Of a stretch of DNA of 64,000 bases, positions 1 through 12,000 are shown in pieces. How positions within the stretch are numbered: the first letter of the stretch is position 1; every line of letters begins with the position of its first letter. The position numbers and the translations under genes were made by a program. The notes below the pieces were generated by a model. That model was not told the DNA's origin. It ran no database searches and saw only the letters and a program-made list of their open reading frames with translations. This DNA is from Malacoraja senta (Eukaryota): positions 23,562,001 to 23,626,000 of the forward strand of contig CM075988.1 in NCBI GenBank assembly GCA_038087875.1, in the 5' to 3' direction.

Positions 1-350
1 AGCACCCGAGGAAAACCCACGCAGGTCACAGGGAGAATGTACAGACAGCACCCATAGTCAGGATCGAACCCGGGTCTCTGGAGTTGTAAGGCAACGACTC
101 TACCACTGCGCCACTGTGCCATGTTAAGGCAGTCTCCATTTTTATCTGTCCCTTCACCAGATATTTTATGATCGATAGGCAATGACTAGGCCAAGCAATG
201 GATCCCACTCAGACTTTCAATGCCTTTGTTCACCGGCATTTCCTCAATCAGCAGCTTCATAGAACATTCATCATAAACCCGAGAGAGGTAGAGAGAGACC
301 AGTGAATGTTTGACAGTGTCTCGTAACAGCTACAGTAAAACTGTAACAGT

Positions 351-356
351 TTTATT
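351..356 (-). terminator. Candidate polyadenylation signal of the IgSF gene
   Basis: AATAAA on the minus strand about 970 nt after the stop, followed by T/GT-rich sequence. Confidence 0.35.
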
Positions 357-826
357 CCTGTCCAGAGATTAACATGCAAAGTTTTCACAGACAGCAACAA
401 GTCCCACTGCCCTTCACCCACTCCAGTCCCCAACCCTGGGCAAGTTTAATCAGCGTTAATCCTTTCCACTTTCCTCTGGGGAAGGGAACATTTGCAATAG
501 CAGGGAGCGTTGGGGAGGGAGAAGGGGAGGAAGGAGGAGGGAGAGGGAATAGGAGAGCAGAAATCTAGGCCATTGGACTGGGGCTAATTCCAGCCCTTCC
601 CCGTCCTCCAAAGATTCCGTGGAATTGGTGAGATTCTTTCTTTAAACAACTGAAAGATTTCGCCCCTGGAGGATGGAGAGAGGGTGGAGACCTCTGCTCC
701 TGATGAGGGATGAGGGTGATGAAGGAGGCCGAGCCTGCTTGGACGCAGAGAGGATGATTCCACTAGTTGGAGAGTCTAGGACCAGAGGCCGTAGCCTCAG
801 AATAATCGGACATACCTTTAGAAATG

Positions 827-1040
827 TTTAAGAAAGAACTGCAGATGCTGGAAAAATCGAAGGTGGACAAAAATGCTGGAGAAACTCAGCGGGTGAGGCA
901 GCATCTATAGAGAGAAGAAATAGGCGACGTTTCGGGTCGAAACCCTTCTTCAGACTGGTCTTGACCCGAAACGTCGCCTATTCCTTCTCTCCATAGATGC
1001 TGCCTCACCCGCTGAGTTTCTCCAGCATTTTTGTCTACCT
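827..1040. mobile_element. Short Penelope-derived inverted-arm insertion
   Basis: Inverted arms; 14-bp TSD TACCTTTAGAAATG (813-826, 1041-1054); inserted into a CR1 remnant. Confidence 0.8.
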
Positions 1041-1327
1041 TACCTTTAGAAATGAGATGAGGAGGAATTTCTTTAGTCAGAGGGTGGTGAATCTGTGAAT
1101 TCTGCTCCTGTAACTTCTGAACCTATGCTTTTGGGGGAAACCCGTGCCTTTACACCCAATGTTTTCCATTCTATTGCTTGTTTCCTTCCCCAACAAAGCG
1201 CTTGTCAAGTTTCAGAAGATCAATCGGTTTGTCTGTATAAACTCACACTCCAACCTCTCCCCAGTCGGCCCTTCTCAGTGAACTGGTCGGAGGTGAAAGA
1301 GACAGCGTCGCTCAGTGTAGACGGGGA

Positions 1328-1447
1328 TCACGGCGGGGATCCGATTGTGCAGTACGTGGGATTAATGGTCTCTTGGTTGCCACAGCTATGGATGTGAAGC
1401 AGGCTGTGATACTGAGCATCCGTGGACACCTCCCCTACATCAGGCAC
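1328..1447 (-). CDS. IgSF receptor exon 6 (tail with YHSL and YCTI motifs, stop)
   Basis: Acceptor tattttgcag|; VPDVGEVSTDAQYHSLLHIHSCGNQETINPTYCTIGSPP*. Confidence 0.75.
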   Translation of the reverse strand: MPDVGEVSTDAQYHSLLHIHSCGNQETINPTYCTIGSPP

Positions 1448-4400
1448 CTGCAAAATAGAAACATAGAAACATAGAAAACAGGTGCAGGAGTAGGCCATTC
1501 GGCCCGTCGAGCCAGCACCGCCATTCAATATGATCATAGATACATAGATACATAGAAAATAGGTGCAGGAGTAGGCCATTCGGCCCTTCGAGCCTGCACC
1601 GCCATTCAATATGATCATGGCTGATCATCCAACTCAGTATCCCGTACCTGCCTTCTCTCCATACCCCCTGATCCCTTTAGCCACAAGGGCCACATCTAAC
1701 TCCCTCTTAAATGTAGCCAATGAACTGGCCTCAACTACCCTCTGTGGCAGAGAGTTCCAGAGATTCACCACTCTCTGTGTGAAAAAGTTTTTCCTCATCT
1801 CGGTCTTAAAGGATTTCCCCCTTATCCTTAAGCTGTGACCCCTTGTCCTGGACTTCCCCAACATCGGGAACAATCTTCCTGCATCTAGCCTGTCCAACCC
1901 CACAAGAATTTTGTACGTTTCTATAAGATCCCCTCTCAATCTCCTAAATTCTAGCGAGTATAAGCCAAGTCTATCCAGTCTTTCTTCATATGAAAGTCCT
2001 GACATCCCAGGAATCAGTCTGGTGAACCTTCTCTGCACTCCCTCTATGGCTATAATGTCCTTCCTCAGATTTGGAGACCAAAACTGTACGCAATACTCCA
2101 GGTGTGGTCTCACCAAGACCCTGTACAACTGCAGTAGAACCTCCCTGCTCCTATACTCAAATCCTCTTGCTATGAAGGCCAACATACCATTCGCTTTCTT
2201 CACTGCCTGCTGCACCTGCATGCCTACTTTCAATGACTGGTGTACCATGACACCCAGGTCTCGCTGCACCTCCCCATTTCCTAATCGGCCACCATTTAGA
2301 TAATAGTCTGCCTTCCCGTTTTTGCCACCAAAGTGGATAACCTCACATTTATCCACATTATACTGCATCTGCCAAACATTTGCCCACTCACCCAGCCTAT
2401 CCAAGTCACCTTGCAGTCTCCTAGCATCCTCCTCACAGCTAACACTGCCCCCCAGCTTAGTGTCATCCGCAAACTTGGAGATGTTGCTTTCAATTCCCTC
2501 GTCCAGATCATTAATATAAATTGTAAATAGCTGAGGTCCCAGCACTGAGCCTTGCGGTACCCCACTAGTCACTGCCTGCCATTGTGAAAAGGACCCGTTT
2601 ACTCCTACTCTTTGCTTCCTGTTTGCCAGCCAGTTCTCTATCCACATCAATACTGAACCCCCAATACCGTGTGATTTAAGTTTGTATCCTAATCTCTTAT
2701 GTGGTACCTTGTCGAAAGCCTTCTGAAAGTCCAGATACAACACATCCACTGGTTCTCCCCTATCCACTCTACTAGTTACATCCTCGAAAAATTCTATAAG
2801 ATTCGTCAGACACGATTTACCTTTCGTAAATCCATGCTGACTTTGTCCAATGATTTCACCACTTTCCAAATGTGCTGCTATCCCATCTTTAATAACTGAC
2901 TCTAGCAGTTTCCCCACTACCGATGTTAGACTAACTGGTCTGTAATTCCCCGTTTTCTCTCTCCCTCCCTTCTTAAAAAGTGGGGTTACGTTTGCTACCC
3001 GCCAATCCTCAGGAACTACTCCAGAATCTAAAGAATTTTGAAAAATTATCACTAATGCATCCACTATTTCTGGAGCTACTTCCTTAAGTACTCTGGGATG
3101 CAGCCTATCTGGCCCTGGTGATTTATCGGCCTTTAATCCATTCAATTTACCCAACACCACTTCCCAACTAACCTGTATTTCACTCAGTTCCTCCATCTCC
3201 TTTGACCCGCGGCCCCCTGCTATTTCCGGCAGATTATTTATGTCTTCCTTAGTGAAGACGGAACCAAAGTAGTTATTCAATTGGTCCGCCATATCCTTGT
3301 TCCCCATGATCAATTCACCTGTTTCTGACTGCAAGGGACCTACATTTGTTTTAACTAATCTCTTTCTCTTCACATATCTATAAAAACTTTTGCAGTCAGT
3401 TTTTATGTTCCCTGCCAGTTTCCTTTCATAATCTATTTTCCCTTTCCTAATTAAGCCCTTTGTCCTCCTCTGCTGGTCTCTGAATTTCTCCCAGTCCTCT
3501 GGTATGCTGCTTTTTCTGGCTAATTTGTACGCAACATCTTTTGCTTTGATACTATCCCTGATTTCCCTTGTTATCCACGGATGCACTACCTTCCCTGATT
3601 TATTCTTTTGCCAAACTGGGATGAACATTTTTTGTAGTTCATCCATGCAGTCTTTAAATGCCTTCCATTGCATATCCACCGTCAACCCTTTTAGAACTAA
3701 TTGCCAGTCAATCTTGGCCAATTCACGTCTCATACCCTCAAAGTTACCTTTCTTTAAGTTCAGAACCGTTGTTTCTGAATTAACAATGTCACTCTCCATC
3801 CTAATGAAGAACTCAACCATATTATGGTCACTCTTGCCCAAGGGGGCACGCACAACAAGTCCGCTAACTAACCCTTCCTCATTACTCAATACCCAGTCTA
3901 GAATAGCCTGCTCTCTCGTTGGTTCCACTACATGTTGGTTTAGATAACTATCCCTCATACATTCCAAGAAATCCTCTTCCTCAGCACCCCTGCCAATTTG
4001 ATTCACCCAATCTATATGTAGATTGAAGTCACCCATTATAACTGTTTTGCCTTTGTTGCACGCATTTCTAATTTCCTGTTTGATGCCATCCCCAACTTCA
4101 CTACTACTGCTAGGTGGCCTGTACACAACACCCACCAGCGTTTTCTGCCCCTTAGTGTTTCGTAGCTCTACCCATACCGATTCCACATCCTCCAAGCTAA
4201 TGTCCTTCCTTTCCACTGCGTTAATCTCCTCTCTAACCAGCAATGCTACCCCACCTCCTTTTCCTTTCTCTCTATCCCTCCTGAATATTGAATATCCCTG
4301 GATGTTCAGCTCCCAGCCTTGGTCACCCTCGAGCCATGTCTCCGTGATCCCAACTATATCATAATCATTAATTGCTATCTGCACGTTCAACTCATCCACC

Positions 4401-5974
4401 TTATTACGAATGCTCCTTGCATTGAGACACAAAGCCTTCAGGCTTGTTTTTACAACGCTCTTACCCCTTATACAATTATGTTGGAAAGTGGCTCTTTTTG
4501 ATTTTTGCCCTGGATTTGTCTGCCTGCCACTTTTACTTTTCACCTTGCTACCTATTGCTTCCGCCCGCATTTTGCACCCCTCTGTTTCTCTGCTCACCCA
4601 TTTAAGAACCCCACCACCTCTTATTCTCTGTTTATTATTGTTTTCTTCTTTCCCCCCTACATGTTGGGTCTGAGTGCTTTCCTTCTCTGCCTCCTGCCTC
4701 ACACACTGTCTAATAGCATTCTCTATTTGAGTCCCTCCCCCCAACCATTCTAGATTAAAGTCTCCCCAGTAGCCTTTGCAGATCTCCCCGCCAGGATATC
4801 GGTCCCCCTCAGGTTCAAGTGCAACCCATCCTTTTTGTACAGGTCGAACCTTCCACAAAAGAGGTCCCAATGATCCAGAAATTTGAATCCCTGCCTTCTG
4901 CACCAGTCCTTCAGCCACGCATTTATCCTCCACCTCGCTCCATTCCTACTCTCACTGTCGCGTGGCACAGGCAGTAATCCCGAGATTGTTACCTTTGCTG
5001 TCCTTCTCTTTAACTCCCCTCCTAACTCCCTGAATTCTCCTTTCAGGACCTCTTCTCTTTTTGTACCTATGTCATTGGTACCTATATGTACCACGACCTC
5101 GGGCTCCTCTCCCTGCCCTTTCAGGATATCTTGGACACGTTGAGACACATCACAGACCCTGGCACCAGGGAGGCAAACTACCATCCGGGTCTCCCGACTG
5201 CATCCACAGAATCGCCTGTCTGACCCCCTAACTATAGAGTCCCCTATTAGTATTGCCCTCCTCTTCTTTTCCTTACCTTCTGAGCAACAGGACCGGTCTC
5301 TATACCGGAGGCCCGGCCGCTGTCGCTACCCCCAGGTAGGCTGTCCACCCCAACAGTGCTCAAACAGGAGTACTTATTGTCAAGGTGTACAGCCACCGGG
5401 GTACTCTCTAGCCTGTGCCCCTTGCCTCTCCCAACCGTGATCCACTTGCTGATCATCCTACATCAGTACCCCGTTCCTGCTTTCTCACCATTAACTTTCG
5501 AACATTGAAGAAGAAGAGTTTCGGCCCGAAACGTTGCCTATTTCCTTCGCTCCATAGATGCTGCTGCACCCGCTGAGTTTCTCCAGCATTTTTGTCTACC
5601 TTCGATTTTCCAGCATCTGCAGTTCCTTCTTAAAAACGTTCTAACATTACTGACCGCACATCCAACCCCACTGGACCAGGGTTAATTTAAACATTCAACT
5701 ATAACTTCAACAAACATGATGGGATTAAACACTCAGATTTGACAGAAGCACGGATTTGAATGCTTATAATGCCTCAGTTCAGCACACAAACATGTAGAAT
5801 TAGTTCCGATTTAAAAATGTTCTCCACGAATAAAAAGATGAATTCCTACTCACGTTGGCTTGTCCTTGTTCGTCCTGGGCCTTGTCTTCTGCAAAATGAA
5901 AGGACAACATTTAGCCTCATTCCTGGAGAATAACAATTCCTAAAACAGATTTCAGTCTCATTCATCTCCACTCT

Positions 5975-6019
<45 letters not shown>

Positions 6020-9000
6020 TGAGGAACGTTGTGGTTGTAATTTTGTCTGAGTCGTGTGGTTGCGAGTTCACGATTCACGGAAGAATCTGAAGCATAAAAT
6101 CTAAACTGACACCCCATGCCTGACTGCGAGAGCGTTAATCAGTAGCTCAGTCATGGAGATTTGGAGGTGGTCATTTATCAGATGGGATTTTAACAAAGTT
6201 TGCCCGGTTTGGCCTTGCTGAACATGAAGTACCCGCGGCACCATCCAGAGATGTGGAAGCAGATCTCCTCGGTGTTCTGGTTACTATTTATTTCTCGACC
6301 AAGTTTTTAGTTTAGTTTAGGGATACAGCACGGAAACAGGCCCTAAGACCCGCCGAGCCCAATCCGACCAGCGATCCCCACACACTAACGCTATCCTACA
6401 CACACGAGGGACAATTAGCAATTATAGCAAGCCAATTAGACTACAAAGCTGTCTGAGAGGAAACCGGAGATCCCGGAGAAAACCCATGCAGGTCTCGTTG
6501 AGAACGTACAAACTCCGTACAGACAGCACCCGTCGTGAGGATTGAACCCAGGTCTCTGGAGCTGTGAGGCAGCAACTCTACTGCTGCGCCTCTGTTCCGT
6601 GTTCTGGCTACGACTTATTTCTTGACCAACATCATTGGAGGAATAGCACCTCATATTTTGCTTGGGCAGCTTACAACCCAACCCAATATTGATCTCTCTA
6701 ATTTCAAGTAACCCTTGCATTCCCTCTCCCTCCGTCCCTTCCATATCCTAGTCACCCTGCTAGTTTTACTGTGTGTTTCCCCTCATTATCACCTCCTCCA
6801 CAGCCAACACAGGACCATTGTGGGCTCTTTGGTCATCGGAGCCGGCTCTGATTTGTTCTGAACCTTTTCACGCCTCTAGTTTCCCTCTCCCCTGAATCTC
6901 AGTCTGAAAAAGAGTCTCGACACGAAATGTCACCTATTCCTTTTCTCCCGCGATGCTGCCTGACCCGCTGAGTTTATAAGTGATTGGAGCAGAATTAGGC
7001 CATTCGGCCCATCTATCTCCACCTCAAAAATATCCATTGACTTGGCCTCCATCACCATCTGTGGCAATGAATTCCTCTGACTAAAAGAATTCATTTCCAT
7101 CACTTTTCTAAAGGTACTCCAGCATCATGTGAACTGATGTTCTGGTCACCTTTACACTGCCTGTGTGGCTAGCCAGCAGCTAAAGCTTCCACCTTCTTCA
7201 GTAACTATGGTGGCACAGTGGTGCAGCAGTAGAGTTGCTAACTTACAGCCCTCACAGCGCCAGAGACCCGGGTTCGATCCTGACTACGGGTGCTGTCTGA
7301 ACGGAGTTTGTACGTTCTCCCCGTGACCGCAAGGGTTTTCTCCAGGTGCCCTGGTTTCCTCCCACACTCCAAAGACGTACAGGTTTGTAGGCTAATTGGC
7401 TTGTTATAAATGTAAATTGTCCCTAATGTGTGTAGGATTGTGTTAATGTGCGGAGATCGCTGGTCGGCGCGGACTGAGTGGGCCGAAGGGCCTGTTTCCG
7501 CGCTGTATCTCTAAACTAAACTAAATGACAGCAAAAGTAGCTCACTCATATTAAACACCCGAGTTTGTGAAATATTCTGTAACATGACCTGTTCTCCTTT
7601 CTCTCTGGCCTCAACCAGCACAGTGCAGGAGGGGTGACTACAGTGATCGCTCATCCCCAGGGCTTTCAATTACAAGGGTCATATGTGGACAGCACCATTG
7701 CCCGTAGACAAAGTAAGGCAGAGAAACAGAAACAAAACAAATTAAGAAGCAGCAAGTGAAACGAGTCCAAAGGCTCTGAAAAAAATGACATTTGGCTAGT
7801 CTGTAATTTCTTCTTGTGTCCCATTCATTAAGAAGCATACCCCATTAACGTCGAGACAAAAGAGACTGAAGATGCTGGAATGGAGAACAAAACGGAATGA
7901 TGGAAGAACTCAGCACATCAAGCTGCAATCGTGAGACAAAAGGTGGACAAAAGTGAACAATTGGGATTGCGACCTTGCACCTGCACAGGTGGAGAGAGGG
8001 CAGTGGGATGAAGGTGGGTCGGTGATAGGTGGTGCCAGACAAAGGGTCCCGACCCAAAATGTCACCTATCTATTTCGGGTGACATTTCAGGTGGGGACCT
8101 TTCTTCAGAGTCTTAATAAGATGTAATTCCGTATCGATGGCCATGACTGTTGCAAACACATCACCTGGACCACCAAGGAAGGTTATGGTCCACTTTTACC
8201 TGTGCTGGGTGACTGACTTCAGACCCACAGCAGTGTATTTGGCTCCAAAATATCAATCTAGCCACTCGGCTGCATTGGATCTGGTCTGCTTTCTCTGAGC
8301 GTGGCTGTGGAGGAGAACCTACATTCCACCCGGTGCCCGCCAGATAAGAGAGGACAATTCGAATCATGAGGGTGGTGGTAAGAGCATAGACAAGCATACA
8401 TCCTGCATTGAAGGGCAGCACGGTGGCGCAGTGGTAGAGTTGCTGCCTTACAGCGAATGCAGCGCCAGAGACCCGGGTTCGATCCCGACTACGGGTGCTG
8501 TCTGTACGGAGTTTGTACGTTCTCCCCGTGACCTGCGTGGGTTTTCTCCGAGATCTTCGGTTTCCTCCCACACTCCAAAGACGTAATTGGCTTGGTAGAT
8601 GTAGAAATTGTCCCTAGTGGGTGTAGGATAGTGTTAATGTGCGGGGATCGCTGGTCGGCGCGGACCCGGTGGGCCGAAAGGGCCTGTTTCCGCGCTGTAT
8701 CTCTAAACTAAACTCCTTCGTCTTATTTCTGCTTTGCAAGAGGTTTGACCGTTTGATGACTTCCACGGGCGATCTGTATGGGAGGCCAAACAAGGATGAG
8801 CAACCACGTTGGGACATTGACTGGAACTGGGGAGATCTTCTGCTGCAGCTGCTGGATCACTGGGTGGAGGAAGCTGCCAGCTCATTCATTGCTCCCTGAA
8901 GCTGCTGCTGCTGCTGCTGCAGTCTGCTGGGTTACTCTCGGGGACTCTCCTGGTCCAAGAACACTGATGCAATTATTAAGAAAGCACATCAGCGCCTCTA

Positions 9001-12000
9001 CTTCCTGAGAAGATTAAGGAGAGTCGGTTTGTCAAGGAGGACTCTCTCTAACAACTACAGGTGCACAGTAGAGAGCATGCTGACCGGTTGCATCGTGGCT
9101 TGGTTCGGCAACTTGAGCGCCCTGGAGAGGAAAAGACCACAAAAAGTAGTAAACACTGCCCAGTCCATCATCGTCTCTGACCTCCCTACCATCGAGGGGA
9201 TCTATCGCAGTCGCTGCCTCAAAAAGGCTGGCAGTATCATCAAGGACCCACACCATCCTGGCCACACACTCATCTCCCCGCTACCTTCAGGTAGAAGGTA
9301 CAGGAGCCTGAAAACTGCAACAACCAGGTTCAGAAACAGCTACTTCCCCACAGCCATCAGGCTATTACACTCAACTGAAACAAATCTCTGAACATTAATA
9401 GACCATTATCTGTTTATTTGCACTTTATCAGTTTATTTATTGATGTGTGTATATATTTATATAATGGTATATGGACACACTGATATGATCTGTAGTCATG
9501 CCTACTATATTCTGTTGTGCTGAAGCAAAGCAAGAATTTCATTGTCCTATCAGGGACACATGACAATAAACTCTCTTGAATTGACTCTTGACTGGCTTGT
9601 CACGCTTCGTGGCCTTACCCCTTTGTCGTCCTTTGTACTTGACTATGAAGATAGCCGCCAGGAATCCGACTGCGCAAAGTATTGCCAGGGTGCTGCCCAG
9701 AATGCAACCTGGTCCATGACATAATGGATGCCAACATTCCTGGAAATGTTCGTCTGGAAATTAGGAAACAAGCAAAATTACAAACTTTTAAACCCCTGTC
9801 CCACGGTACGAGTTCATTCCAAGAGCTCTCCCGAGTTTGCCCTGATTCGAACTCGGAGATTTACGGTAATGGCCGCTCGTCGGTACACGGGGCCCTCGTG
9901 TACATTTTTCATCATGTTAAAAAATCTTCACGAGTCTTCCCGTGCTTACCGCGTTTCCCGAGTACCTGCCGTTAGCGAGTCTTCCCGTGCTTACCTGCCT
10001 TTAGCGAGTCTTCCCGAGTACCTGCCGTTAGCGTTACGAGCCGCTAAGAGACGTCCCCGAGCTCCGACGTACCCGCTACGTTCATTCTCCGTGCTTGCCA
10101 CGAGTTTGATTTTTTTAAAACTCGGGAGAGCTCTTGGAATGAACTCGTACCGTGGGGCAGGGCTATTACCATGCTAAAACTCTGCACAAAGTAAATAGTT
10201 CAATTCCTTCTCTGCATCACTTGACTTCACTTCAAAACATGGACCCATAACTCCCAATGGCCTTGAACTGAGGAAAGTACACCACATAGGATCAGACGCA
10301 GTACAATACTGCCTGCATTAGAGAGCTTCAGCTACAGGGAGGGCTTGACTAGACTTGGATTTTATTTCTCTGGAAGGTCGGAGGTTTAGGGGAGGCTTGA
10401 AAAAGGCATGTAACATTATGAGAGGCAGAGAGAGGGTAGAGGGTCACTTATGAGAGGGTAGAGTGTCAGAACCTTCTTTCCCAGGGTGGGAGTGTCCAAC
10501 ACTAGAGGACACAGCGATAAGGTGAGAGGGGGAAAGTTGAATGAGATGTGCGGGGCAAGTTTTTTTACTTGGAGAGTAGTGTGGGCCTAGAACGCATTGC
10601 CAGAGGTAGTGGTGGAGTCAGATACGATAGTGGTGTTTAAGAGGCTTTTAGATAGGCACAGGGAAGTGCAGGGAATAGAGGGATATGGATCATGTAGAGA
10701 CAGATGAGATAACTTGGTATCCCCGTACACTAACACTATCCTATCCTACCCACTAGGGACAATTTACAATTTTTACTAAAGCCAATTAACCTACAATCCT
10801 GTAAGTCTTTGGCGTGTGGGAGGAAACCGGAGCACCCGGAGAAAACTCAAGCAGTCATGGGGAGAACGTACAAACTCCGCACAGACAGCACCCGTAGTCA
10901 GGATCGTACCCGGATCTCTGGTGATGTAAGGCAGCAACTCTACCGCTGCGCCACCGTGGCCACCCTAGGTGATAGAGTGATAGAGTGGAAGGTGCCCTGT
11001 AATAAAAAGGTATGATCTTCCTCCTTACCCGAGATCCATTGCTGTCTTTCCACACTGTTGACAGGGTTTTGGACGAGGCAGGTGTAAACACCGCAGGCTG
11101 AGCCGTTCAGGCTGGCGATCCTTAAACTCTGGCGGCCAGTTGACACGCGGATGTTGTCCTTTATCCAGGAGAACTGGGGGCCGGAGCCATTCTCCACTGT
11201 GCAGTTCATGGTCACAGTGGGATAGGGGTCGTTTTCGGTCTGTACTGTAATGCTGGGCTGTGAGACTGGAACTAAAGCAAGGGTACAGTCCACATGAGAC
11301 AGGGTTCACCAGCACCTTGTGAGTAGAGGCAGGGGGGGAAGCAGCTAACTGATGTGCCACAGGGCTCACATCTGTGGCGATTAGTTTTAGATGCCATCAT
11401 TTATGCCCAAATGAGTATGAAGAAGGGTCTCGACCCGAAACGTCACCCATCCTTTTTCTCCAGAGATGCTGCCTGACCCGCTGAGTTACTCCAGCACTTT
11501 GTATCTTTGACCAGGATCAGAAACCTATGTGTTGCTCGATGTGCTGGAGTAACTCATCCAGTCAGACCGCATCTCTGGAGAACATAGATAGGTGACATTT
11601 CGGGTCAGGACATTTCAGACTGAAGAAGGGTCCCGACCAGAAACATTACCTATCTATGCTCTCCAGAGATGCTGTCTGACCTGCTGAGAGATGTTGTGTT
11701 ACTCCAGCACATCGTGTCTTTTTTTGTAAACCAGCATCTGCAGTTCGTGTAAGAAAAAACTGCAGATTTAAATCGTAGGTCGACACAAAATGCTGGAGTA
11801 ACTCAGCGGGTGAGGCAGCATCTCTGGAGAGAATGAATGGGCAACGTTTTGGATCTCGACCCTTCTTCAGACTGTCTGGAGAAGTCTGAAGAAGGGTCTC
11901 GACCCGAAACGTCACCCATTCCTTCGCTCCAGAGATACTGCCTCACCCGCTGAGTTACTCCAGCATTTTGTGTCTATCATCTGCAGTTCCTTGTATTAAA

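Noticed and set aside
1911..5143. Several plus-strand ORFs
   Set aside because: Antisense shadows of the CR1 ORFs.
8413..8490. tRNA gene (A/B boxes)
   Set aside because: It is the head of a V-SINE, continuing into the V-core and a LINE-derived tail.
8932..8963. Possible alternative last exon (VFLDQESPRE*) giving a tail-less receptor
   Set aside because: The AG comes from the edge of a Rex1 fragment and has a poor pyrimidine tract; there is no independent support.
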